64,000 nt of DNA from Mobula hypostoma. Lineage: Eukaryota. Made by a program: the position numbers and the translations under genes. This document shows, in pieces, positions 1 through 11,599 of the stretch. The notes under the pieces are model-generated. The model worked only from the letters and a program-made list of their open reading frames with translations, was not told the DNA's origin and made no database searches. The stretch is taken from the NCBI RefSeq assembly GCF_963921235.1, contig NC_086101.1, positions 158,038,001 to 158,102,000 on the forward strand, written 5' to 3'. Numbering within the stretch: position 1 is the stretch's first letter; each line of letters begins with the position of its first letter.

Positions 1-447
1 AGTATGTCTATCTATCTATCTATTGTGCTGTTGGTTTTCTATGTTTCTATAACATCCCAACTGTTATATCAATACCTTGGCCTACGAAGGCAAGCATACC
101 AAATCATCTCCTCTACCTTATCATTCCATATTGCCACTTACAACCACCTCCTACCAGCATTACATGACAATGGCAAATCAGATTCTTTTTTATTTTATAC
201 CAGTTCAGGAATTGCAAGGATCAATGATTCCGAAGCCTCAGAAAGTTATCAGTATTATCAGAATAGCTGAAAAAGCATAATGCAGATTTTATGATTGTTT
301 ACAAATTGTTGAGAGCTGAAATGTTTTGCAGACTGCAGTGCTTTATGAATTTTGTGAAAAACTTCAGATTTTAAACCATGTTAAGATGGGACCAATGTCA
401 TTCAGATTTCAAGGAAATTCACATATACTTCCTTCAAGAATTTATTA

Positions 448-2061
448 CAGTGGTGCTAGAAAGTTTGTGAACCTTGTAGAATTTTCTCCATTTCTGCATA
501 AATTGACCTAAAATGTGATCAGATTTTTACATAAGTCCTAAAATTAGATCAAGAGAACCCAGTTAAATAAATAATACAAAAACATTATATATGTTCAGAT
601 ATTTATTGAGAAAAATGATCCAATATTACATGTATTTGTTGGAAAAACTATGTGAACCTTTGCTTTCAGTAACTAGTGTGACCCCTTGTACAGCAATAAC
701 TTCTACTAAACATTTCCAGTAACTGTAGATCAGTCCTGCACATTGACTTTGAGGAATTTTAGGCCATTCCTCCCTACAAAACTGCATCAACTCTGGGATG
801 TTGGTGGGCATCCTTGAATGAACAGCTTGCTTCAGGTCCTTCCACACCATCTCTATAGGATTAAGGTCAGGACTTTGACTCAGCCATTCCAAAACATGAA
901 TTTTCTAATACCATTCTGTTGTTGATTTACTCTTGGCTTTCGGATCATTGTCTTGTTGCATCTACCAACTTCTGTTAAGCTTCAGGTGATCAACTGCTAC
1001 CCTGACATTCTCCTGTAAAACATCTTGATACAATTTTGAGTTCATTGTTCCCTCAACAATTGCAAGCTGTCCAGGCCCTGAGGCAGCAAAACAACCCCAA
1101 ACCATGATGCACTTTCTACCATGCTTCACAGTTGGGTTTTGGTGTTGATGTGCAGTGCCCTTTTTCCTCCAAACATAGCACTGTACATTCCTGCCAAAAT
1201 GTTCAACTTTCGTCTCATCTGTCCACTGAACATTGTACCAGAAGCAATGTAAAACATCTAGGTGGTTTTTTGGCAAACTTGAGATGTGCAGCAATTTTTT
1301 TTGTTTGAAGAGCAATGGTTTCTTCCATGAATGTTCCACAAACGTCATTCCTGTTCAGTGTTTTTCTTATAGCGAACACATGAACAAAGATTTTAGACAG
1401 TTCCAGAGATTTCTGCAGGTCTTTTGCTGGTACCCTTGGGTTCTTTTTTCACCTCCTTCAGCATTGCACGTTGTGCTCAGTGTGATCTTTGCAGGATGCC
1501 CACTCCTAAGAAGTGTAGCAACAGTACTGAGTTTCCTCTATTTATAGACAATTTCTCTTACTGTGGACTGATGAACATTCAGGTCTTTAGAAATGTTTTT
1601 GTCGACTTTTCCAGCTTCATGCATCTCTACAATTCTTCTTCTAAGGTCCTTTGAAAGTTGTTTTGGTCGAGGCATAGTGCACATAAACAGAGCTTTCTTG
1701 AGAAAAGCAGACTCTGTTAGTAACTTGACCTTGTGTGTCTTTTTTTTATATAGGGGAGGGCACCTCTACAACACACACCTCCAATCTCATCTCATTGATT
1801 GGAACATCTGACTCCAAATAGCATTTGTAGAAGGCTTTACCCCAGAGGTTCACGTATTTTATCCAGCAAATACATGTAATATTGGATCATTTTTCTCAAT
1901 GAATAAATTAACAAGTGTAATGTATTTTGAGTTATTTATTTAATTGGGTTCTCTCTTTATCTAGTTTTAGGACCTATGTGAAGATCTGATCACATTTTAG
2001 GTCATATTTATGCAGGAATAGAGAAAAATCTACAGGATTCACAAACTTTCTAACACCACTG
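448..2061 (-). mobile_element. Full-length degenerate Tc1-family DNA transposon (~1.6 kb, ~210-bp TIRs, TA TSD)
   Basis: Termini TA|CAGTGGTGCTAGAAAGTTTGTGAA ... TTCACAAACTTTCTAACACCACTG|TA. The minus strand has transposase motifs WTDETK, MVWGCF, QQDND and SQSPDLNPIE, interrupted by stops. D-to-E spacing is 32, consistent with DD34E minus two codons. Confidence 0.95.
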
Positions 2062-2109
2062 TAAGCAATTTAGGTCAACACAGTGATAGCCCGACAAGAG
2101 TGATAGGGT

Positions 2110-3230
2110 GTGAGAGCACAGTAAGAGGTCATTCTGCCCATCTAATCTGTGCTAAACTGTTATTCAGCCTCATCCCATTGAGTCCTACCTGGACCAGAAC
2201 CCTCCATACCGCTCCCATCCATGTACCTATCCAAATTTCTCTTAAACATTGAAATTGAACCCGCATTTACCACTTACACTGGCACCACTAGTTCCATGCT
2301 TGCATTACCTTCTGAATGAAGAAATTCCCTGATAAGTTCCCTTAAGTATTTTACCTTTCACCATAAATCTATGACCTTTAGTTCTAGTCTCACCCAACAT
2401 CAGTGGGAAAAGCCTACTTGCATTTGCCCTATCTATACCCCTCATAATTTTGTTTAACTCTATTCAATCTCCCCTCATTCTCCTGCAGCGAACAAAGTAC
2501 TAAACTAATCAACCTTTCCCTATAACTCAGGTCCCAGGAAATTCCTCGTAAATTTTCTGTGTACTCTTTCAATCTTACTGATATCGTTCTCGTCGGTAGG
2601 TGACCAGAGCAGCGCAGTACTCCAAATCAGGCCTCTCCAGAGTTGTATACAACTTCATCATAACATGCCAGTACTCAATACTACGATTTATAGAGGCCAG
2701 TGTGCCAAAAGCTCTCCTTGCCACCCTATCTAGCTGTCAGCCATGTTCCTGTACTCCTGTACTCAATATTGAGTACAGTATTCCTGTACTCAAAACTATG
2801 ATTTATAAAGGCCAAAGTGCCAAAAGCTCTCTTTACAACCCTATGTACCTGTGACACCACTTCCAAGATTTATGGAATCGTATTTCCAGATCCCGCTTTT
2901 CTAACACATCCCTCAGTGCCCAGCCATTCACTGTGTAATTCCTACCCTGGTTTGTCCACCCTCAGTGCAACACCTTACACCTGTCTGCATTAAATTCCAT
3001 CTGACACTTTTCAGCCCATCCCTGCCATTCAGCTGGTCCAGATCCCGCTGGAAACTTTGATAGCTTTTCTCACTGTTCACTACACCCTAAATCTTGGTGT
3101 CCATCCACAAATTTACTGATCCAGTTTACCAAATTATCATCCAGATCGTCGTTGATACAGACGATAAAGAACAACAGACCCAGCACCAATTCCTGTGGCA
3201 CACTTCTGGCCTGCAGTCAGAGAGAGTGAG
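2110..3230 (-). mobile_element. Degenerate CR1 LINE 3' fragment
   Basis: Resembles the RT C-terminus and 3' UTR of the better-preserved CR1 copies in this window; boundaries approximate. Confidence 0.7.
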
Positions 3231-3519
3231 CATTTGATTCTGACTTCTGATGTTAACTGTGTGGAGTCTGAACATCGGTTCTCTGACCACAAGGATTTTC
3301 AGTGGATGTTCCAGTATCCTCTCACTTCCCAATGGTATGCCCATTGTTAGGTTAGCATGGTTATTAGGTTCCCTTGTGATTTCCTTGTCATAGAACATCG
3401 AAATCTACAGCACATTACAGGCCCTTTGGCCCACAATGATGTGTTGACTATGTAACCTACTCCAGAAACTGTCTAGAATTTCCCTAGCCCACAGCCCTCT
3501 ATTTTTCTAAGCTCCATGT

Positions 3520-4350
3520 ACCATATGTCCTTCCGCACTAATCAGCCTCCTGACACTTATCCCTGCAAGTGACTGAGTGCTACACCTGCCCATTCACTTC
3601 CTCTGTCATCTCTATTCAAGGGCATAAACAGCCCTTCAAGGTGAGGCAACACTTCACCTGTGAATCTGCAGGGGTCATCTATTGTGCCTGGTGATCCCAG
3701 TGCAGCTTCCTCTACACCGATGAGACCCCAGTATAAATTGAGGGATCAGCTTGTCAGGCACCTCCACTGCATCTGCCAAGAAGTGGGATTTCAGGATGGT
3801 CAAACATTTTAATTCCAATTCCCATTTCCAAGTGTCAGTTCACAATCTCCTCATGTACTAAGATGAGGCCACCCTCAAGATGGGGGAGCAACTCTTTATT
3901 TTTTGTCTGGTTAGCCTCCAACCTGATGGCATGAATATCGATTTGTCCTTCCGTTAAAAATAATTCCTTCTCCCTCACCTCTTCTTCTATTCCCCATTCT
4001 GGCCTTTTACCTCTTCTCACCTGCCTATCACTTCCCCCTGGGTTCCTTCCTCCTTCCCTTTCTCCTACTGTCCTGCCTGTTCTCCTATCAGATTCCTTTC
4101 TCTCCAGCCCTTTATCTTTCCTACTCACCTGGTTTCACCTATCACCTTCTAGCTATCCTCCTTCCGCTCCTCTCACCTTTTTATTCAGACATCTTCCCCC
4201 TTTCTTTCCAGTCCTCAAGAAGGGTCTTGGTCCAAAACTTCAACTATTTACCCATTTCCACAGATGCTGCCTGACCTTCTGAGTTCCCCTAGCATTTTGT
4301 GTGCATTGCTTTGGATTTCCAGCATCTACAGACTTTCTCATGTTTATGAT
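3520..4350 (+). mobile_element. Penelope-like element 3' fragment (GIY-YIG remnant, pyrimidine tract, degenerate HHR terminus)
   Basis: Homologous to 11600-12315 and 34270-35380. Ends with CAGTCCTCAAGAAGGGTCTTGGTCCAAAAC...GATTTCCAGCATCT. Confidence 0.8.
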
Positions 4351-5459
4351 AAACTATACCTAATGTAGGTAGCTTGTTGGAGAATCAGAAAAGTGTTGAT
4401 GAAGATGTGTGTGAGTCGATTACAGGGAAATAAGTAAATAAATAAGATTGAGATTACTTTGAGAGCTAGAATGGACTTGATGGGCCAAGTAGCCTTCTGC
4501 ATTGTTACAGAATAAATATGGAAAAAGCATTGAGTGAGAACGTAATGAAAGTTGACACAAAACTTAAAAAGTTTTTGTCTGCATCATCCTTGCTTCTCAT
4601 TGTAGAATATTCCCAAATAAGCAAAATGCAGAGTAAAGCTGAACATGGTAATATACAAAAAATTGTCAAAAAAGCAACAGAATTCTTCGAGTGTGAAGAC
4701 TAAAATATAAGCTTGAATTTATCCTGGTAATGCTTAATGCACATAATTGTTATAACTGAGATATTTTATGAATATTACTGACCATTAAATTTGTCACAGC
4801 TCATTGGCACATTGAAATAATCTGCACATTCTTCTTATAGGATATGCAATCCTGCATTGTTGTTGTTACTAATTCTGCCTTGGTTAGCACTTGGTATTAC
4901 TATGGTCACAGACTTAAAACTCACACTGCAGCAGGAGTTTGTTTTGTTTCAGTCTCAGCAAATCAGCATGACCCACGAGAACAAGATGAATGCTAGATTT
5001 AGTGCCTGATCAGCACTACGTTACCAGAGGAGAAAGGTGATGAAAGCAGATAACACCATGGGAGGTCTATTTTCACAAAAGCTATATAATCTGTAACAGA
5101 AGCCATGAATTTGATACTCCCTCCTAGATATGAATTATCTGAAAATTTCTGAGCTGCAGTCATACGTGTTATTGATCTAAGCAGGAAGGTTGCATCAGAC
5201 ATTAAAACTGCAGTGTAATCAAGCATTGGTACAGCAATGCAGCAAGTGATTTAGGCAGAGAACTCCAATTGTTCAGCAGTGTTCAGGTATTTTGCTGTCT
5301 GAAGATACAATAGGAAAGACACAATTGCCTAATTTTGCTTTATCAACACTTTCATCTAGTTCAATTGCAGATCAAAGAGGAAACATATTAGATAAATCTT
5401 CACCCTAATATCAGCACCAATGCATGGACTAGCTCAGATTTCCCCTCAGAAGTCCCATT

Positions 5460-5770
5460 TAGGCTAGATAATCAACGTTAGTAGTCTTTTTACCCAGGGT
5501 CGAAATGGCAAATATGAGAAGCCAGAGGTTTAAGATGAAAGAGAGGAAGTTTAAGGCAAGTTTTAGTGACTCGTTGAGTGGATTAAGTTGTGAGGGGAGG
5601 TGACAGAAACAAATATGATGGCAAAACTTAAGAAGCACTTGGACACTTGCTTGCACAGGCAAAGTACGTAGAGATATAGATTATGTGCAGGCAGGTGGGA
5701 TTAGTTTGATTGGCATCATGGCTGCACTGACATGCGGGCTGAAGGGTTTGTCACTTACTGTACTCTTCTA
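5460..5770 (+). mobile_element. CR1 3' end fragment
   Basis: Similar to the 3' UTR of the CR1 at 49349-53028 (…GGGCTGAAGGG…TGTACTCTTCTA). Confidence 0.6.
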
Positions 5771-6839
5771 TCTCCGATTTCCAATTGTTTTTTCATGATA
5801 GCTTTGACAGTGTGAAAGATTGGGGTTGAGGGTACCACAGTAATTCTGCGTCCTGCTAGTCATGGCCACACAGAGTGCTCGAAATAAAGTTGCCAGCAGA
5901 AGACAAAGCCAGGCAACATTGTGTGTGAGCAATGTGGCAACTAGGGCAATTGTTGCAAAACTATCTTGTTACATCTGTGAATCCACAACGGGAATTGTGT
6001 GGGCAGTTTTGCTCTCCTCATGTGAGGATTTTTTTTCATGTAATGAGTGCAAAGAAAGATGATCTGAGATGGCAGAGCTGATGAATGAGGAATTGGATCA
6101 GTTAGACCTATAGCCTAATTGGACACACGGAGGATGATCCCTATGGCTGAAGACTGTGCAGTCAAAGTTTCCCATTTAGAAATATCTTCACACATAGGGC
6201 AGTAATTTTATTCTTCTATCCAGCTGTTACAAGACTACTGTACTAGTGCAATAAAATGGACTCCTGATCTCATAATCCACATTGTTATGACCTTGCACCT
6301 TACTGTTTATCTGCACTTTCTCTGTAAGTTTATTCTATATTCTTTTAGTTTTATCTTGTACTACCTAAATGCACTGATGTAATTAATCTGAATGAACAGA
6401 ATGCATCAATACTTCCCCCCGTACATCAGTACGTGACCATTTGTATTTAAGAAGTATGTTGAAAGGATCAAGGGCGGAGGGAGAAGGTGGGACTGTTGGA
6501 TTGAAACGAATGATTGGCCATGGGGGTGTTGACTGATATCCTACACTGTCAGAGGTCTGGCTGAAGGTGCATCCGTCGGTGGCCGCGGGGTTGATAGCAA
6601 ACTGCACATTTCCAAGGCAACAATCTGTTGCACCATCTGAGCGTGTTGAGTAGTAGTATATCCCGAAACGTCCACAATTCCTCATCCCCCCCACAGATCA
6701 AGCTTGACTTGCTCAGTTTCTCTAGCAGGTTGTTGCTCATATCCTAATGTTGGCAGGTGACACTTGGACGGTGCGGAACCTTAGCCTTGTCCACAAAGGA
6801 GACTGCCATTACACAATATACACAGCTTCTACAACAACT

Positions 6840-7400
6840 CCGGCCTCCTTTTGCTAGTTTACGACCGGTGGCGCAGTGACGTGACCGCACAGCTGCATCG
6901 CTTTGATTCCGATCACGTGTGCACTCTGCGTCACGTGATACACAGTCCAGCCGGGTCGATGAGGCAAGCGATATGTCACGTGATGCGAAGGCTCTTCCCC
7001 CAAGTCTGACGCAGGCGCGGTCACGTGCTCCTGCCGCTTTGTTACACCGGGCGGGCGCGGAGGGAGCGGCCGAAGATGATGGAGTACCGGGCTGGTTTTC
7101 CCGGCGCCGCTTCCGATAACGACGGCGAGGAGGAAGGCGAGGGCGGAGAAAAATATAGACTCCTCCCTGGGGTAGCGTGGCGGAGCCAGGTTGGTCCTGG
7201 CAGTCACTAGTTTGCCCTAGCGGCCGGCCCGCATTATACGAGGGTGGGTGGGGGGGGAGAGGGGTAGAGCCTCTGGGGGAAGAGTGGGAGACCAGAAGGT
7301 TTTGGGGGGTGTTGCTGCGGAGGGAGCGCCCGACAGGAGTACGGGGTAAGGGGAACATAAATAGAGCAGACGATCTCCCCCCTCCTCGGGTGGAAATGTC
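6840..7400 (+). promoter_or_regulatory. CpG-island promoter of CDC37L1 with a cluster of TCACGTG E-boxes
   Basis: CpG-rich against an AT-rich background. TCACGTG at 6913, 6931, 6976 and 7021, plus GTGACGTGAC at 6876. GC box near 7050. Confidence 0.8.
7076..7189 (+). CDS. CDC37L1: CDC37L1 (Hsp90 co-chaperone Cdc37-like 1 / Harc) coding exon 1
   Basis: AAGATGATGG start; MMEYRAGFPGAASDNDGEEEGEGG...WRSQ; donor CAG|GTTGGT, phase 0, in frame with exon 2. Either tandem ATG could be the start. Confidence 0.8.
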
Positions 7401-8394
7401 AAATATTAAAGATCACAGTTTTAAGGTGAGAGAGGTTAGGCTTAAAAGGGTAGGCACTTTTTTTTAACGTAGAGAATGGTGGGAGGCAAGAACGAGCTGC
7501 TGGAACAGATGGTTAAAGCAGATATGAAAGCAATATTTAAAGGCATTCAAACAAACACGTGAACAGACAGGTAATGGTGGAATGTAGATCATGTTCAAAC
7601 AGATGCAATTAGTTTGTCATTGTGCTGGGCACAAACATGGTAGCTGAAGGGCCTTTTCCTGTACTCTACTCTTCTGTTAGCTTGTAAGGTGGTGGCCTTC
7701 CTGTCACCTACGTCTTGGTCGGAGACGTCATAGGGTTGATGATGTACGTAAACAAAGCAAATAATTGAGATACTCCGTGCCGGTGGCAGAGGGTAGTTGG
7801 TCGGGTGTCAGGAGACTTGGGTAGTGTAAAGGCTCTTAAAGGTTGTTGGAGTGATACTCATCTTGGAGACTGGAGAAGTGCTCCGAGTTATGAAGACTGT
7901 AAAGTGTGACAAGAGGAGAATCGTCCAGCCTCTGATAGCTGCAGTGTTTGAGGCTGAGGTACAAAATGCCAGCAGTAAATGTTTTAGTTTGCATTCCTGT
8001 CTCTTGGTGCTCTTGTGGAGATGTCATTATCTGCCACTTTCCTTATGTCTTGCTGGTTTCAGTTATCTAAGAAGTTTGATCATTTCTGATTATCCATGAA
8101 TATTTCCACTTTTGGAAAGATTGATGAAGCTGTTGTAGATGGTAGGTTCTTGGATATCACAACAGGGAACTCTTTCACTGATCGCTCGGGGCTTCCATAA
8201 CTGATCCACAACCACCTTCTTAGCGCCAAGTATGAATCCCAACAATAGGGATTTTCCATTTGTGAGGGCAGTGACTCGTCTTGCTTCTGAAACTCAGCTC
8301 TTTAGTCCATATTTGGGCCAAGGCTGTGGTGAGGCGTGGGTAGCCCTGGTGAGATCCGGACTGGGCTTTGGTGAACAGATTATTGGTGAAGGAG

Positions 8395-8552
8395 CACACA
8401 TAAAAGTTGCTGGTGAATGCAGCAGGTCAGGCAGCATCTCTGGGAAGAGGTACAGTCAATGTTTCAGGCCGAGACCCTTTGTCAGGACTAACTGAAAGAA
8501 GAGCTAGTAAGAGATTTGAAAGTGGGGGGGGGGGGAGATCTGAAAATCCGAA
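8395..8552 (-). mobile_element. Short PLE-terminus insertion (HHR-like end plus G/C run) with 13-bp TSD
   Basis: ATTGGTGAAGGAG duplicated at 8382-8394 and 8553-8565. The body is very similar to one arm of the element at 28938-29207. Confidence 0.85.
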
Positions 8553-9040
8553 ATTGGTGAAGGAGTGCTACTTGTTAGCTGCAGCCTCTTCCATCTGTTC
8601 GCAGATCTTTTAAGAGTTGACTGGTGAGATGGTAATTATCCAGAATAGGACAAGTGTGGCAGTATTCCAAGTTGTCAGGTCAGTGCTACTATTGTCATAG
8701 GATTTGAACAGTTTGGTGAGGTACAACTAATGCTAGAGCAAAGGTTTTCACCATTAGAGTAAGGATATTGCTTGCTCTTGGCCTTTGGTTATTATTAATG
8801 CTTTTTGCCTGATTCTTGATGTCAAGGGTAAGACAAACTAGCTGTAATCTGGCATTGAGAAGGTTCTTATTGGGTTTGAACCAATCTGGGAACTCCTGGG
8901 AAAGTTGATTTGAACACAGGCATTACTGGTCCATTGTGCTGTAAAGCTATTTGATTGTTTTTTTGTGAGTCTTTGCCTACCTGATGCTGTGTGGGACATT
9001 TGTCCCTTGATACTTACGGGCAATGCCTCCTACATTCCAG

Positions 9041-9322
9041 GTGTACAGTGGTGGTGTGGAGAGTGTTTGTCACAAGGAGCAGGAGTTGATGAAGAAGACA
9101 GTGGAGTGCAGGTGGAGGCTGGCTGAAGCACAGCAGAGACTTTGCAATTTGGAGCTGCACAACTCTGAGTCTTTGGAACAAGAGCGTGCCAAAGCACAGA
9201 CTGAATACTGGGAGCTGAAAAAGAAAGAGGATGAATGGAGGCAAAAGGAAGAAGAGCTGATCTGGAATGAGAGGATGAGTTCATGGAATATTGATACAGT
9301 CAGTAAAGAGGTATTTAATAAG
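9041..9322 (+). CDS. CDC37L1: CDC37L1 coding exon 2
   Basis: ttccag|VYSGGVESVCHKEQELMKKTVECRWRLAEAQQRLCNLELHNSESLEQERAKAQ...VSKEVFNK|gtactg; matches remembered human LAEAQQKL..HNSESL..ISKDVFNK. Confidence 0.97.
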
Positions 9323-9973
9323 GTACTGTGTTTCCAGCATTAATCATAATTCGGAGTTGTCACTGAACAAATGTAGAGAACATTAGTTCAAACCCAACAC
9401 TCCCTACCCAGAACTGAATACAGTTATAAATGATGTACAGCTGGTAATACTGAAGTGTGAGAGTCCAATTGGTCCCTTTTTTTTGTGATGAAAGGAACAT
9501 GATATCCTTGCCTTCTGAATATTGTTTGTGGCCCTGCTCACAAGGAATGCAGTGGTTTAAAATAGCAAGCTATTCTGCAAAAGATCTCACCACCTTGTGC
9601 AGGGCAATAATCAAAAAGAAAAGAAGGACTCATTGGGTGATCTCTTACCTCCATTCAGTGTTTTGTGAGTATGGGTGGTGGAGAATTGATTTAATCTACT
9701 GTCAGTGTGGTTACATTAGTTGGTTTTGCTTGTCCATACAGTTTGCTTGTGATCAAATGATTGTTTTCAACACTGAGGCTTTGGGCCACTTTAACATTTT
9801 CAGTATTGGATGTACCCACATTTACCACCGGTATCTCTTAGGTGGAGCTCTCTCTATTAACTGTTTCTATTGAAACCAAAAGGTGTTCATTCAGAACAAC
9901 CATCACTTTAGAATTTTTGGGCTGCTATTTGGCCCTCAATAACCAAGAAGCTGTGACTGTTGCCATAAATACA

Positions 9974-10811
9974 CAGGTTGAGTACCCCTTATTTGAAATG
10001 CTTGGGGCCAGAACTGTTTCGGATTTTTTCAGACCTTGGAGTATATAATGAGATGGGGATCGCTATTGTTTCAGATGCTGAATTTGTGTGCTTACCGGTA
10101 AGCAGTCTCTGTTTTGTACTTGTTCATCACACTTAACAGTAAAAAAAATTATTATATATCATTAATGAATCTGTGAAAGTGTGCAGAGTAACAAAATCAG
10201 CACTGCAGCATCGGGAGAATACCTGAATCAGCTGTTGGACAACAACAAACAGCGGCAGGCTTTCAGTCTCCACCTACGATGCTGTGTTTTGATTAAAAGG
10301 TTACAGTTCACTTTTGTAGGTTTTCTGCCAGGTATAAAAACAATCAGCATTGTAGGCTTGTTCTGGTACTAGATTTTCATCAGCAATGGTCCTCAAACTC
10401 CTCAATGAATTTCTCTGCTGCTTTATGATCAGCAGATGCAAAATCATTAAAAAAAAAATTAAATCCTTAATTTAATACCATGCCTTTTAAAATTCTGAAA
10501 CCAGCCTGCTGAATATTCACAATTACATTCAATAGAAAGTTCAGGATTATAGATATTTGCTTGTTTGATGATCAGCATACCATTAAGTGGCATACATTCA
10601 CACCACTGATAGATCTATTCTTTCAATACACAATTAAGATCTTTCTTTTTCACTTTATGTAGTACTTTTCATTAACTTCTGTTCATTACATATGTGAGGA
10701 CAATTCTCACAACCATTTGGGGCACATAGACCTGCACATTGCCTGGGGACCTTATGTAGTGACATCATGGCAGCACTCAAAAAAATTTGGGGGTTAAAGG
10801 TACTCAACCTG
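9974..10811 (-). mobile_element. Internally deleted Tigger/pogo transposon (Tigger4/Zombi-like)
   Basis: TIRs CAGGTTGAGTACC ... GGTACTCAACCTG|TA. Minus-strand remnants CEYSAGWFQNFKRHGI and ASADHKAAEKFIEEF (CENP-B-type HTH region) at ~10395-10520. Confidence 0.85.
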
Positions 10812-10967
10812 TACTAACATTTCAGCTGGAACAAAGGGAAACATGTTTATCTTGTTTGAATTGTAAGTGTGTCCTCAAGGTGTGCATTTTTGGGTGGAAA
10901 ATGGAAGGAAATAAAATACTCTGTGCTGCTTGCTTTCTTTATGGATTTTTGTTTTGTTTTAAAACAG

Positions 10968-11070
10968 AGTGTGATCAACAGAAGTACAAAATGCAAAGAA
11001 GTAGAGGAAGACAAATATGGAAAAAATGCAACGTTTGCACAGAAATACGAACAACAGATCAGGCACTTTG
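10968..11070 (+). CDS. CDC37L1: CDC37L1 coding exon 3
   Basis: aaacag|SVINRSTKCKEVEEDKYGKNATFAQKYEQQIRHFG|gtaagt, phase 1. Confidence 0.96.
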
Positions 11071-11599
11071 GTAAGTGGACAGCTTTTTAGAACCAGATTA
11101 GGTACACCATGTAATCAAAAAAGCAAAAATTTAAGATCTGTTCCCTGTACCCATATGCTGCTTAAACCTTTTTAGTATTTCTGACACTTTCTGTTTCTAA
11201 TTTCACCTTTCCAGCACCTGTGACGTTTAGCTTTTCTAACGTGGAAAGAAATAATTTTTGCTTAAACAGACCATAAGATATAGGAGCAGATCTAGGCCAT
11301 TTGGTCCACTGACTCTGCTCTGCCATTTATTATCCTTCACAACCCCATTCTCCTGCCTTTTCCCCATAACCCTTGATGTCCTTGCTAATAAAGAACCCGT
11401 CAATTTCCAGTTTAAATATACCCAATAACACAGCCGCTCATAGAAATGAATTCAACAGATCCCTTACCTTCTGCCTAAAGAAGTCCATTCTTGTCTCTGT
11501 TCTAGATGGACATTCCTCTATTCAGAGGCTGTGCCCACTGGTCCAAGACTCGCCCATGATAAGAAACATCCTCTCCATATCCAATCCATCTCGACCTTT

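Noticed and set aside
142-266. Possible minus-strand exon (ttttcag acceptor, gtaagt donor)
   Set aside because: Stops in all three frames. It could be a non-coding exon, but nothing else in the sequence supports it.
6744-7358. 204-aa minus-strand ORF over the CDC37L1 promoter; a GVVVEAVY stretch near 6810-6842 vaguely recalls the SPATA6L N-terminus
   Set aside because: Low-complexity antisense ORF typical of CpG islands. The VVVE frame has no ATG, is bounded by stops and has no convincing donor.
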